Positions 25,894 to 39,359 are shown, counted from the stretch's first letter. The stretch is 57,272 nucleotides of DNA from Deltaproteobacteria bacterium (GCA_034670305.1 JAXMNT010000047.1:1-57272), one strand, 5' to 3'. A program made the numbers and translations. Notes: a model not told the origin generated them from the letters alone.

Positions 25894-26454
25894 CTACGCC
25901 GGGTGCCGGGCGATCAAGCGCGCGAGGTGGCGATCGCCGACCCAGCCCTCGCGGTAGTACAGCAGCTCGAGTCCACCCAGGTCGCGGACCAGCTCGTTCG
26001 TCTCACACAGCCAGCGGCGGGACGGTTGGGTTTGGCGCTCGAGGTTGCGCACCGTCGCGATCTCCGCGATCAACACGCCGCCTGGCGCGAGGTTCGCGAC
26101 GATGATCGGGAAGAGTGCCCGCTGTCGGTAGTGGAAACACGCCACCAAGGAGAAGGGGCCGTCGGGCAGGGGCTCGCGCTCCAGGTCGATCGTGCGCGTC
26201 TGGATCTTGACGTCTTCGTCGCTCGCGGCTTCGCGGGCGAGGGCGAGTCCGACCGGCGAGATGTCGATCGCCAGGACGTCGAGTCCCATCCGCGCGAGCC
26301 AGATCGACAGCCGGCCCGAGCCCGCGGCGACGTCGAGCGCGCGCCCGTCGCTGGGCAGGTCGTCCGAGAAGTGTTTCAGCCAGGTGGGATCCCCCTGCGG
26401 GTAGTCGCCCGTCCGGTAACGTTGGTCCCATTTCTCACGATCGGCATCGGCCAT
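25894..26454 (-). CDS. Class I SAM-dependent methyltransferase (TehB-like)
   Basis: MADADREKWDQRY, RALDVAAGSGR, VLAIDISPVGL, LAPGGVL. Confidence 0.85.
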   Translation of the reverse strand: MADADREKWDQRYRTGDYPQGDPTWLKHFSDDLPSDGRALDVAAGSGRLSIWLARMGLDVLAIDISPVGLALAREAASDEDVKIQTRTIDLEREPLPDGPFSLVACFHYRQRALFPIIVANLAPGGVLIAEIATVRNLERQTQPSRRWLCETNELVRDLGGLELLYYREGWVGDRHLARLIARHPA

Positions 26455-26691
26455 GGGGCAAAGACTGACGGCTCGGGCGCAACGAAGCCAGCGCTCGATC
26501 GGTGGTTCCTTCCTGTCCGGCTCTTCTGGATGGGCGCATCCCATTTCACTTTTTGCGGAACCATCACGGTTCCCTGGTGTCGATAGGGGGCACGACGGAT
26601 GCGGATGTGGGCCAGCAGAGGCAAACGTCTCCCGTGACCACGGAGCCCTTTTGCTCCCATGGCACCGCTCCGTCCTGGGAGGAGAAGGAAC

Positions 26692-28539
26692 ATGACTGCC
26701 ATTCAGGAGAGCGCCGCGATGAAGACGTTGGTATTCGAGATCTACGAGGGCGAGACGCTGCTCAGGGCCGAGCGGCTCAGCCGCGACGTGATCAAGATCG
26801 GTCGATTGCCGTCGAGCCATTTGCGCCTCGACGACGCGGATGTCTCCCGCATGCATGCGGTGATCGAGAGTTCGCCCGAAGGGGTCTTCGTCATCGACCT
26901 CGGGTCGGCGAGCGGAACGATCCTCAACGGCCAGAAGATCAACAAGGCGGAGCTGACCGACGGTGCGGAGCTGACCATCGGCGGTCTTCGCGTGCGCGTG
27001 TCGATCGAGACTTCGGTCGCTGCGATGCCGCCGCCCCCCGTGGCCGCGATGCCCAACCCGTTCGCGGCCCCGGTCGCGCCTCCGCCCATGGCTGCGGTCG
27101 CGTCGCCCACCGACATCGCCGGCGAACCAGAGGTTCGTTGGGGCGTGGTCGCCAGCGGTCCGCCCGTGAGCGCAGACGAAGTCGAGACCACGGAGGACAC
27201 CGTCGAGGTGCTCCTTCTCTGGGGCGACAACGTGCTTCACGTGGCCCACGTAGAGCCGACCGGCGACTTCGTGATCGGCGACGAGAAGGACGTGGACTTC
27301 TTGGTCGGTGCGGACCTGCTCGGAAGCACTCGGCTGGCTGTGGTCGACGGCGGACGCATCGTCGTGCCCGCGGGTGCCATCGTGGCGGGTGAAGACGTCG
27401 CCCGCACCAGCACGACCGCCGCTGCGACCGGCGAGGTCGAGTTCGCGATCGGCGAACTGCACCTGCGGGTGCGCAGCGTCCGCAAGGGCAAGCGCATCGC
27501 GGGTGGCACGACGATCGACCGCCGGCCCTTTGCGTACGTCGGCGGCGTCCTCGGCCTTGCGGCGGTGATGCTGACGCTCTTCTCGTTGCTCCCGCCGAAG
27601 AGCTCCGCGCTCTCGATGGAGAACATCAACCAGGACTCGCGGCTCGTCGCCTACCTCATGGAGCCGCCGGTGACCGAGTTCGACGAGCCGGAGATCGAGC
27701 CGACGGAGCCCGACGCGGCTTCGGGTGGCGAAGGCGAACGGCACGAAGGCGAGACCGGCGCGATGGGCGACCGGGAAGCACCGCAGGCGGATCGCCGCTA
27801 CGCCGTCCAGGGACCGCAGGACAACCAGGACCCGCACCTCGCGCAAGAGAACCGCGAAGAGATGGCGCAGACCGCGGGTGTGCTCGGCACGCTTCGCACC
27901 ATGGTCGGCACCTGGAACACGCCGACGTCTCCCTTCGGTCGCGAGTCCGCACTCGGACAGGACCCGATGAACGCGCTTGGCCACTTGATGGGTTCCGACA
28001 TCGGCGATGCGTTCGGCTTCGGCGGACTCGGGCCGGTCGGCACCGGGCGCGGCGCCGGCGGCACGGGCCAGGGCACCATCGGTCTCGACACGCTGGGCAA
28101 CACGCTCGGTCACGGCGGCGGATGCCGCAGTGGTGAACAGTGCCGCGAGGGCAGCGGCTACGGCCGCCTCGGTGGGGACAGCGGCTTGCGCAACCACCGC
28201 AGCCGCGTCCCGACCATCAGCCGGGGCACCATCGAGACCCGTGGCTCGCTCTCTCGCGAGGTCATTCAGCGGGTGGTTCGACGCCACCACAACGAGGTGC
28301 GGTTCTGTTACGAGCAGGCGCTCAACGCCCAGCCCAACTTGGCCGGGCGCGTGACCACCCGCTTCATCATCAGCTCCAGTGGCGCGGTGCAGACGGCGCT
28401 GGTCTCCAGCTCGACCTTGGGACACCAGACCACCGAACGCTGCATCACGAGCGCGGTCCAGCGCTGGGCCTTCCCCGCGCCGGATGGCGGTGGGGTCGTC
28501 AGTGTCACCTACCCGTTCGTCCTGCAGAGCACCAACTAG
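26692..28539 (+). CDS. GltG-like gliding motility protein: FHA + TM + Gly-rich linker + TonB-C (AgmX/PglI) domain
   Basis: FHA motifs IKIGR..VSRMHA..DLGSASGTILNG; TM; C-terminal LSREVIQRVVRRHHNEVRFCYE..GRV..F.I..CI...WAFPAPDGGGVVSVTYPF; strong SD. Confidence 0.85.
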   Translation: MTAIQESAAMKTLVFEIYEGETLLRAERLSRDVIKIGRLPSSHLRLDDADVSRMHAVIESSPEGVFVIDLGSASGTILNGQKINKAELTDGAELTIGGLRVRVSIETSVAAMPPPPVAAMPNPFAAPVAPPPMAAVASPTDIAGEPEVRWGVVASGPPVSADEVETTEDTVEVLLLWGDNVLHVAHVEPTGDFVIGDEKDVDFLVGADLLGSTRLAVVDGGRIVVPAGAIVAGEDVARTSTTAAATGEVEFAIGELHLRVRSVRKGKRIAGGTTIDRRPFAYVGGVLGLAAVMLTLFSLLPPKSSALSMENINQDSRLVAYLMEPPVTEFDEPEIEPTEPDAASGGEGERHEGETGAMGDREAPQADRRYAVQGPQDNQDPHLAQENREEMAQTAGVLGTLRTMVGTWNTPTSPFGRESALGQDPMNALGHLMGSDIGDAFGFGGLGPVGTGRGAGGTGQGTIGLDTLGNTLGHGGGCRSGEQCREGSGYGRLGGDSGLRNHRSRVPTISRGTIETRGSLSREVIQRVVRRHHNEVRFCYEQALNAQPNLAGRVTTRFIISSSGAVQTALVSSSTLGHQTTERCITSAVQRWAFPAPDGGGVVSVTYPFVLQSTN

Positions 28540-28554
28540 TCAGAACTCCGCGCG

Positions 28555-28585
28555 AAACCGCCGTCTCTTCGGAGGCGGCGTTTTT
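28555..28585 (+). terminator. Intrinsic terminator
   Basis: CGCCGTCTC-TTCG-GAGGCGGCG followed by TTTTT. Confidence 0.8.
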
Positions 28586-28709
28586 GCGTTTGGGACGGTG
28601 GGTCCGCGCGGGAACGACGCCTCTTGGTGGTGCGCTGCCCGCACTCGTGCGCGTGGTGCTCAACCCGAACGCGTACGACGGCGCGCGCTGAGGCGGCTCC
28701 TGCGCTTCG

Positions 28710-29990
28710 CTACTCGCGGACCAAGGGCCGAAGGGACGGAATGGCAGCCCCCGGCAGGAGGCCGACCCAGAAGAGGCTGCCGGAGTTCTCGGCACTCACC
28801 AAGTTGAGCGTGAAGCCGTGCGCTTCGCAAAGGCGTCGTGCGATGGCGAGGCCCAGCCCGCTCCCCTCGTGTGGACGCGACGGGGAGCTGTCCACCTGCT
28901 GGAACGTGTCGAACACCGCCCCTTGCGCTTCTTCCGCGATCCCGATGCCGTTGTCCTGAACTTCGATTCTGGCCGGTTCGCGAGATGCGCCGTCGGTGGT
29001 GACCCGGATGCACACGCAGCCACCGGCCGCGAACTTCACGGCGTTGCCGATGAGGTTCAACAAGACTTGGCGCAGACGCCGAACATCGGCTGGGATGGGC
29101 TGCAGGTGATCCGGACACGCCACCTGGATCTGGGTGCCCGTCGCGGCCGCCATCGCTTCGACTTCGGCCGCGACTTCGCGGACGAGCGCGCCGAGGTCGA
29201 CGTCGGCCCACTGCAGCTCGAGCTGGGCGGCTTCGATCTTGGAGAGATCGAGCACGTCCTGGATGACGGAGAGCAGGTGCACGCCACTCGTGCGCGCCCG
29301 TTCGAGGTACTCGAGCTGGGTCTTCGAGAGGTTGTGCTCCTTGTTCCTCGCCAGCAGTTTCGTGAACCCGAGGATCGAGTTCAACGGAGTCCGAAGCTCG
29401 TGACTCATCACGGCCAAGAACGCGCTCTTCGCGGCGTTTGCGCGTTCGGCCTCCTTGCGCGCGGCGTCGACTTCCGCGATGAGCTGGGACCTGCGCTGGA
29501 GCTCCCGGCGGAGTTCGAGCTGGCTCATGACCTGGCGTGCAAGCGCGTCCAGCATGCGCCGGTGCGCCTCCCCGAATTCACGCGGGCGATGATCGATCAC
29601 GCAGAGGGTACCGAGCATGAAGCCGTCCTCGGTGGTGATCGGAGATCCGGCGTAGAAGATGACGTGCGGGTCACCGACGACGATGGGGTTGTCTGCAAAA
29701 CGTTCGTCCAGCCGGGCGTCTTCGACGACCAGCGGACCGCCGGATTCGACGGCGTGTCCACAGAACGAGATCGACCGCGGGGTCTCCGTCGCGTCCAACC
29801 CGCACCGGGCCTTGAACCACTGTCGGTGTTCATCGATGAGGGAGACGAGCGCGATCGGGGTGCCGGCGATGTGCGCCGCGAGCGAGACCAAGTCGTCGTA
29901 GACCTGCTCTGGAAGCGTGTCCAAGATCTGGTACCGGTCCAGTGCGACGAGACGCTCGGCTTCGTTGGATGGCAGTCCCGGTTCGATCAC
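28710..29990 (-). CDS. GAF-domain sensor histidine kinase (no receiver domain)
   Basis: GAF ([32 protein letters not shown]), [31 protein letters not shown]. Confidence 0.93.
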   Translation of the reverse strand: MIEPGLPSNEAERLVALDRYQILDTLPEQVYDDLVSLAAHIAGTPIALVSLIDEHRQWFKARCGLDATETPRSISFCGHAVESGGPLVVEDARLDERFADNPIVVGDPHVIFYAGSPITTEDGFMLGTLCVIDHRPREFGEAHRRMLDALARQVMSQLELRRELQRRSQLIAEVDAARKEAERANAAKSAFLAVMSHELRTPLNSILGFTKLLARNKEHNLSKTQLEYLERARTSGVHLLSVIQDVLDLSKIEAAQLELQWADVDLGALVREVAAEVEAMAAATGTQIQVACPDHLQPIPADVRRLRQVLLNLIGNAVKFAAGGCVCIRVTTDGASREPARIEVQDNGIGIAEEAQGAVFDTFQQVDSSPSRPHEGSGLGLAIARRLCEAHGFTLNLVSAENSGSLFWVGLLPGAAIPSLRPLVRE

Positions 29991-30016
29991 CGAAGGACGA
30001 TATCACGGCCGTTGGA

Positions 30017-33171
<3,155 letters not shown>

Positions 33172-33418
33172 CGTCCTCGCTCGATCTCGATCTTTCGAAT
33201 AGTTCTTGGGGCACCGCCCCAAGCCCGTCCCGGTGACACCGCTGGCTCGCTTGGCGAGGCTGCACGCTGTCGAGTACTCGGTCCCCGTGCTGGCCGCGTC
33301 GAGGGTACCCTCCGTGGCCCCCCTCCGGTACCACTTCTGTACCGACGTGCACGGCCCATTCGCGCCAGGCTTCGCTTCGGCCGCTGCACCTTCGGCTTCG
33401 TCACCCGCGTGGAACGCT

Positions 33419-35095
33419 TCAGCCTCCGGCCAAGAGTGCCGCGTCCTCCCGATCGATCCAGAGAATCTGGTCGATGGGGGTCTGGGCAAATCGCACGCAG
33501 GCGGCGCGCGGGCGGCGATCGCCGGCTTTCAACCGGACCTGGGCATGCCGCACCAGGAGCGCCAACTCGAAGACCCGGCCGAGCGTCAGCGCAAACCGGC
33601 GCGCCCCCGCCTCGACCTCGTCGTTGCCACGCTTCTGGGCCGCCTCCAGCCACGCGAGCGCCGCGTCGAAGCCGCGCATGGCCTGCTCCCCGGCATTTTG
33701 CAGCCCCACGTCCTCCACGTCGCACCAGCCGAGCACCCGGGACCGGACGGCCCCGAGATCGACGCCACGCCCGATGGCCCGCAAGACGTCGAGCGAGAGC
33801 ACGTTGGTGGTGCCCTCCCAGATCGACAGCACCTGCGCGTCCCGCAAGAGGGCCGGCAAACCCGTGTCTTCGACGTAGCCTGCCCCCCCGAACGCTTCGA
33901 GCACCTCGCTCGCGAGCGCGACGGCTTGCTTCGCGGTGGTGAGTTTGGCGATCGGGGTCAAGAGGCGCAGCAGGTCGCGGCCCGGCGCGTCGAGGACTTC
34001 GTGCTCCGATGCGCCGAGCAACTCGACCACGTAGAACGCGAGCTGGAACGCACCCTCGAGCTCGGCCTGCATGGCGGCCAGGGTGTCGACGTGCAGCGGC
34101 TTCTCTGAGAGCGGGGCACCGAACGCGACCCGGCGGGTGGCGAAGTCGCGCGCGAGTGCGAGCCCGCGTCTCATCCCGGCGACCGCCGTCACGGCATTCC
34201 AGGTTCGGGTGACGTTGAGCATCGGCGTGATGTCCCGCACCCCACCGGTGGTGTTGCCGGTGACCAGGCGCGCGCGGGCGCCATCGAGGAACAGTTCCGC
34301 GGTCGGGAGTTTGCGGGTGCCGAGCTTGTCCTTGAGCCGGTGCACCCGGATGTCGCGCAGCTGTCCTTCGTCGTCCCGGGTCTCGAGGTAGAAGAGCGCG
34401 AGCCCGTGGCCGCCCGGCGGGTTGCCCTCCGGCCTCGCCAAGGTGAGTGCGATCTGGCTCGTCGCAGCGGAGGTGAACCACTTCCGTCCGTAGAGCCGGT
34501 ACACGTCGCCTTCTTCGTGCACCGCGACGGTCTCTGTCAGACCCACGTCGCTGCCGCCGGTCGACTCGGTCATCCACTGGCCGCTGGTCCAGAACGTCGC
34601 TGGGTCGCGGCTCGTCAGCCGCGGCACCGCCCGATCGATCAGTTCCTGATTGCCGCTTGCAAGGAGGGTCGCGGTCGCGCCGTCCGTCATCGCGAGTGGG
34701 CAGCCGTAGGTGTCTGTCGACGGCGTGAAGAGGTACGTGGAGACGAACTGGTGCACCCGCGCGAGCGGTCCGAGCTTCTTGTCGTACCCGGCTGCCACGA
34801 GCCCGTACTTCGCAGCGACGGGTTCGGCTTGCTTCCACACCTCGGTCAGTTCGATGTGGTCGATGCGCTCGCCCCACGCCGACCATTGGGTGAGGGCGGG
34901 CATCTCGAGCCGGGTCTGCATCGAGAGGGCCGCGAACTCGACCGCCAGGTCTCCCAGCGTGCGCAAGTCCGGCTCGATCGCCGCGAGGGTCTTGGCGTCG
35001 AACACCCGCTCGAGGTACCCGCGCAAAAGGGTGTCCTCTTCGTACTGGTTGCCGAGCTGGGGCGGGGGCTGGTTGAAGGGTTGGACGTCGACCAT
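33419..35095 (-). CDS. Acyl-CoA dehydrogenase, AidB/ACAD11-like
   Basis: CPLAMTDGA, SGQWMTESTGGSDV, GRKWFTS, RLKDKLGTR, GGAGYVED, RDAQVLSIWEGTTNVL. Confidence 0.93.
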   Translation of the reverse strand: MVDVQPFNQPPPQLGNQYEEDTLLRGYLERVFDAKTLAAIEPDLRTLGDLAVEFAALSMQTRLEMPALTQWSAWGERIDHIELTEVWKQAEPVAAKYGLVAAGYDKKLGPLARVHQFVSTYLFTPSTDTYGCPLAMTDGATATLLASGNQELIDRAVPRLTSRDPATFWTSGQWMTESTGGSDVGLTETVAVHEEGDVYRLYGRKWFTSAATSQIALTLARPEGNPPGGHGLALFYLETRDDEGQLRDIRVHRLKDKLGTRKLPTAELFLDGARARLVTGNTTGGVRDITPMLNVTRTWNAVTAVAGMRRGLALARDFATRRVAFGAPLSEKPLHVDTLAAMQAELEGAFQLAFYVVELLGASEHEVLDAPGRDLLRLLTPIAKLTTAKQAVALASEVLEAFGGAGYVEDTGLPALLRDAQVLSIWEGTTNVLSLDVLRAIGRGVDLGAVRSRVLGWCDVEDVGLQNAGEQAMRGFDAALAWLEAAQKRGNDEVEAGARRFALTLGRVFELALLVRHAQVRLKAGDRRPRAACVRFAQTPIDQILWIDREDAALLAGG

Positions 35096-35205
35096 GCCCG
35101 CATCGTACCCGGTGAACTCGGCGCCGGGGAGGCTTGCCGGTGCCATCGACCGGGTGCGCGGTGCCGGGGCTCGCTGTGGCCCGGGCGGTCCGCTATCTTC
35201 GAGCG

Positions 35206-36375
35206 GTGATTCGCGTCTTCGTCTTGTCGGTCGCCGGCCTCTCGCTGCTTGGTGCTTCGTGCGGGTCGGATCCCGCCGCGCCGGTGGATCCGCTGGATGC
35301 ATACGTGCTCGAGGAGATGGCGCTCGGCGGGTTGCCGGGTCTCGCGGCCGTGCTCGTCGTCGGTGGCGAAGTCGTGTGGGAAGGGCACTACGGGTTTGCG
35401 GACATCGAGAGCGGCCGGCCGGTCGACGCGCACTCGCTCTTTCCGGTGGCGAGCATCTCCAAGATCTTCACGGCCTTTCCGCTCTTGCTCGCGGCCGAAC
35501 GGGGAGACCTGGATCTCGACGCACCGATCGACCAGCTGGCGTTTCCGCTCACCCACCCGGACGCACCGGAAGCGGGGATCACGACGCGCATGCTCCTGAC
35601 GCACACGTCGGGGTACCGCGACGACTTCCTCAAACTCGGGCAGACCATTTACGACGGCGACCCGCCGATCGATCTGGAGACGTTCGCGCGCGGCTACACC
35701 CAGCCGGGCGGCGAGTGGTATGGCGCGAACAACTTCGGTCGGCCGCCGGGCACGGACTACGACTACTGCAACGCTGGGTTCGCCATCGCGGCCCACGTCG
35801 CCGAAGCGGTCTGGGACGAAGACTTCCGGTCGCTCACGCAACGTCTCGCGTTCGAGCCGCTCGGGTTCGAGGGGACCGGCTGGTTGCTCTCGGATGTCGA
35901 CGGCGATCAACTCGCGCTGCCGTACAGCTACAACTCGGGGCGCGACACCCAGACCGAACTCTCGAATCAGACCGGGGCCCACTACCCCGCGGGCGGGCTG
36001 CGTGCGAGCACCTCGGATCTCGTTCGGTTCGTGCAGATGTTTCTCGCGGACGGGGTCACCGCGGACGGAACGCGGGTGCTCTCGTCTGAGACGATCGCGG
36101 CGATGTCCACGCCGCAGGTGCCAGGCCTCAGTGGGCGTCAGGCGCTGGTGCTCTACGAACAGACCTACAACGGCCGCACGTACCTCGGCCACAGCGGTTC
36201 GACGTTCGGTGGTTCGGCGCGGCTCTTGATGCGGCCGTCCGAGGACTCCGCGTTGATCGTGTTGACCAACAGCGACGCCTACGTGCGCGACCGCTTCGGA
36301 CTGAGCGACGGCCGCGACGCGCTCGAGCGCATCATCGCGCGGCTCGAAGACGAGCTCATCGCGCGCACCCCTTGA
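35206..36375 (+). CDS. Serine hydrolase, beta-lactamase/PBP (class C-like) family lipoprotein
   Basis: SISK (SxxK), LLTHTSG, YCN (YxN), GHSG; LLGASC lipobox. Confidence 0.9.
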   Translation: MIRVFVLSVAGLSLLGASCGSDPAAPVDPLDAYVLEEMALGGLPGLAAVLVVGGEVVWEGHYGFADIESGRPVDAHSLFPVASISKIFTAFPLLLAAERGDLDLDAPIDQLAFPLTHPDAPEAGITTRMLLTHTSGYRDDFLKLGQTIYDGDPPIDLETFARGYTQPGGEWYGANNFGRPPGTDYDYCNAGFAIAAHVAEAVWDEDFRSLTQRLAFEPLGFEGTGWLLSDVDGDQLALPYSYNSGRDTQTELSNQTGAHYPAGGLRASTSDLVRFVQMFLADGVTADGTRVLSSETIAAMSTPQVPGLSGRQALVLYEQTYNGRTYLGHSGSTFGGSARLLMRPSEDSALIVLTNSDAYVRDRFGLSDGRDALERIIARLEDELIARTP

Positions 36376-36390
36376 TCGTTGGCGGAGTCT

Positions 36391-37419
36391 TCATGCGGGT
36401 CCGCGCACGCGCAGCGTCGCGATGGTGGCGGGCACGGTTGGGTCGTCCATGTCCGCGACCACGACGAACTCCATCTGACCGTCCACCTCGCGGACGAACT
36501 CGATGCCCTCGAGTTTGAGCAGGCTGCGCACGCCTTGTTCGTCGACGATGTCTGCGCACGCCAAAACCGCGCGGTCCGACATGAACCCGACGCGGCACCC
36601 GACCACCTCGCCATCCGCGTAGGTGTCGGGTGAGTCCTCCGCGCCGGCGACGAATGCGATTCGCCCGTCGGGCACGAGGGCGGCGTCGGTGAAGCCGAGC
36701 GGGACGCCACCGATCTCGCCGAGGTCGATCTTGGTCGCATGTTCGAGCATCGGGAGCGGCCCGCCATCGAGCCAGCGTACGAAGGCGAAGAGGGCCAGGT
36801 CGACGATGCCGTTCTGAGGTTCGATGCCGTTGCGCGGCGCCCCGTTGCCGCGCTGGAAGAGCCTCAGCCAGCCCGTCTCCACCGTGTCCAGGCAAACCGC
36901 CCCTTCGACGTTGAGTTCGGAACCGGAGAACGCGCGGCATTGGTGGAGGGTTTGGTAGAACGCGGTCGCGTCGACGACGCGCACGTCCATCGTCGGCTCC
37001 ACCACCACGATCCGTTCGCGCGCGGGTTTCGAACCGGAGCCGAAGACCACGAGCCGGCCGTCCGGCAACACCACGCTCGCTTCGAGATCCATCTTGTGCT
37101 GCTTGTTGCCGAGCGCCTCCCCAAACGTCCTGCGACCGTCGGCACCCGCCGGGAGCGCGAGGGGCCGCACCACGCCGCTCGGCTCCACGAACGCCAGCGC
37201 ATGGACATCGTCCTGGACGACGACCAGCCGGCCGCCCCATCGGCGCACGGCGGACCCGGCTTGCACATGCACCGGCACATCGCGGGGCAGGTCGCCCGGG
37301 TCGTTGTACCGCAATGGTCTGGCGCCCTCGAGCTGCGCAAAGAGGCTGCCCTCGGGTGCGGTTGGCGTTGGTCCCACCCCCTGTTCTCGCACACGGCCCC
37401 CTTTCTCGTCATCCACCAT
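36391..37419 (-). CDS. Conserved hypothetical beta-propeller-like protein (DUF6910/DUF6929-like)
   Basis: Repeated KMDLEA, ELNVEGA, LKLEGI motifs; FGSGS; FQRGNG. Confidence 0.65.
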   Translation of the reverse strand: MVDDEKGGRVREQGVGPTPTAPEGSLFAQLEGARPLRYNDPGDLPRDVPVHVQAGSAVRRWGGRLVVVQDDVHALAFVEPSGVVRPLALPAGADGRRTFGEALGNKQHKMDLEASVVLPDGRLVVFGSGSKPARERIVVVEPTMDVRVVDATAFYQTLHQCRAFSGSELNVEGAVCLDTVETGWLRLFQRGNGAPRNGIEPQNGIVDLALFAFVRWLDGGPLPMLEHATKIDLGEIGGVPLGFTDAALVPDGRIAFVAGAEDSPDTYADGEVVGCRVGFMSDRAVLACADIVDEQGVRSLLKLEGIEFVREVDGQMEFVVVADMDDPTVPATIATLRVRGPA

Positions 37420-37475
37420 CCCTATCCACCATCCCTATCCACCATCCCTATCCACCATCCCTATCCACCATCCCT
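37411..37475. repeat. Five exact copies of 13-mer ATCCACCATCCCT
   Basis: Read directly from the sequence; the copy at 37411-37423 contains the ATG of the minus-strand gene. Confidence 0.95.
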
Positions 37476-37518
37476 GGAGGGCTTGCCCTTGGCCGGCGTC
37501 CGTGGCTTCATCCGGGCG

Positions 37519-37779
37519 ATGTCGTTCCGCCTTCCCCTCGTGTCCTTTCTGGCCGCCCTTTTCCTCGTCGCTTGCGGCGCGGACACCCCGGTGCCGGACT
37601 ACCCCTTCCCGACCCAGCGCCCGCTCGAAGAGACGGAGTTCGCGCAGTACGTCGGTGCCGGTGATCCCGCCGAGGGCCCGGACGTGGAAGAAGAAGAGTG
37701 GGACGACGGTCTGAGCGACGAAGATCTGGAGATGCCCGCTGCCGACGACGCAGCGACTCCGCCGCCGCCCGCCGAGTGA
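37519..37779 (+). CDS. Small acidic lipoprotein
   Basis: MSFRLPLVSFLAALFLVAC signal/lipobox; acidic, Pro-rich tail; directly upstream of the GMC gene. Confidence 0.65.
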   Translation: MSFRLPLVSFLAALFLVACGADTPVPDYPFPTQRPLEETEFAQYVGAGDPAEGPDVEEEEWDDGLSDEDLEMPAADDAATPPPPAE

Positions 37780-37808
37780 CCCCTCCTGCACTCGACTAGG
37801 ACCACGTC

Positions 37809-39356
37809 ATGACACGCCACGCCTCCACCATCGTTGTTGGCGCAGGCTCCGCTGGCTCGGTCATCGCACGCCGACTCTCCGAGCGCTCGGACGGCGACGT
37901 CCTGCTCTTGGAAGCGGGCCCGGACTACCCGCCGAGCGAGGACCACGACGGCGCGTGGCCGGGCGACATCCAAGACGCGCACCGCAACTCCATGTTTCGG
38001 CACGACTGGGGATTGCGTCACAAGCCGCACCCAGATGTGTCTGCGTACCCGTTCCCCAGGGGCCGGGTGGTCGGCGGCTCGTCGGCGGTGAACACCGCGA
38101 TCGCACTGCGCGGACAGCCCTACGACTTCGACGAGTGGCAGCTTCCCGAGTGGACCTGGGACCAGTGCCTGCCGGCGTTCTGTCGACTCGAGACCGACCT
38201 GGATTTCGGCGACCGCCCCTACCACGGCAGCGACGGGCCGATCCCGATCCGCCGATACGAACGCGACGAACTCAGTCCGTGGCAGTCGGCGTTCTACGAT
38301 GCGTGCGCATCGCTCGGTTTCGAAGCGTGCGAGGACTCCAACGAACCAGGCAAGGTCGGCTACGGCTCCCACGCCAAGAACGAGATCGAGGGCGTGCGCA
38401 TGAACGTGGCGCGCTGCTACCTCACGACCGAAGTCCGCGGACGCGACAACTTCGCGCTGGAGGCCGGCGTGACGGTGCGGCGGGTGCTCTTCGAAGGCCG
38501 CCGCGCGATCGGCGTCGAGGTCGAACGAAGCGGTGGCGTCGTCGAGACGATTCACGCGGACCGAGTCGTGCTCTGCGCCGGCGCCATTCACACCCCGGGC
38601 ATCTTGGTACGCAGTGGGGTGGGTCCGCGGGCGGACATCGAGCGGCTCGGTGTCGAGCTCGTCTCGGATGTGCCTGCGGTGGGGCATGCGCTGCTCGATC
38701 ATCCGGGCGCCGCGGTGTTCCTGCTTCCCAATGCCCCGGGCATCTCGCGCGACGACGTGGCGGTGATCCAGACGGTGCTCCGGTTCCAGTCGAGCCGCGG
38801 GCGCGACGCGGACCTCCAGATGCAGCCGGGGTCGTTCATCCCGCTCCTCGGTGTGGAGCTGCCGCTCGTGAGCATGATGGTGCAGGTCGGCAAACCACGC
38901 GGTCGCGGACACATTCGGTTCGACTCGGTGAAACCCGACGCGCGGCCGTGGATCGACAGCCGGCTCTTGGCGGATCCGGACGACATGAACGCGGCGCTCG
39001 AGGCGATGGATCTGGTGTGGCTGCTCGTGACCGACCCGGCGCTGCGCGACCTCGCGCGCCTCTTCATGCCGACCGAGCGTGGCTTCGGCAGCAAGGCCGC
39101 GATGCGCGCGTGGATCTTGAACCAGACCGGTTCTGGCTACCATCCCTGCGGCACGGTGCCGATGGCGAGCCCGGTGCGGCGGGACCCGATCGGGCGCGCG
39201 GGCGCGACCGATTCGTACGGGCGGGTGCACGGCACCGAAGGGCTGATCGTCGCGGACGCGAGCCTGTTCCCAACGGTGCAGAGCTCGAACATCAACCTCC
39301 CGACGATCATGCTCGGCGAGCGGTTCGGCGAGTGGCTCCGTGATGGCGTGATCTAG
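37809..39356 (+). CDS. GMC family oxidoreductase (choline dehydrogenase-like)
   Basis: VVGAGSAG, LLLEAG, RGRVVGGSSAVN, GAIHTPGILVRSGVG, YHPCGTVPM, ADASLFP..NINLPTIMLGE. Confidence 0.93.
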   Translation: MTRHASTIVVGAGSAGSVIARRLSERSDGDVLLLEAGPDYPPSEDHDGAWPGDIQDAHRNSMFRHDWGLRHKPHPDVSAYPFPRGRVVGGSSAVNTAIALRGQPYDFDEWQLPEWTWDQCLPAFCRLETDLDFGDRPYHGSDGPIPIRRYERDELSPWQSAFYDACASLGFEACEDSNEPGKVGYGSHAKNEIEGVRMNVARCYLTTEVRGRDNFALEAGVTVRRVLFEGRRAIGVEVERSGGVVETIHADRVVLCAGAIHTPGILVRSGVGPRADIERLGVELVSDVPAVGHALLDHPGAAVFLLPNAPGISRDDVAVIQTVLRFQSSRGRDADLQMQPGSFIPLLGVELPLVSMMVQVGKPRGRGHIRFDSVKPDARPWIDSRLLADPDDMNAALEAMDLVWLLVTDPALRDLARLFMPTERGFGSKAAMRAWILNQTGSGYHPCGTVPMASPVRRDPIGRAGATDSYGRVHGTEGLIVADASLFPTVQSSNINLPTIMLGERFGEWLRDGVI

Positions 39357-39359
39357 GGC

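Noticed and set aside
35206-36375. Serine hydrolase as an antibiotic-resistance beta-lactamase
   Set aside because: SxxK/YxN/HSG motifs are shared by many esterases and peptidases; nothing specific for AmpC activity.
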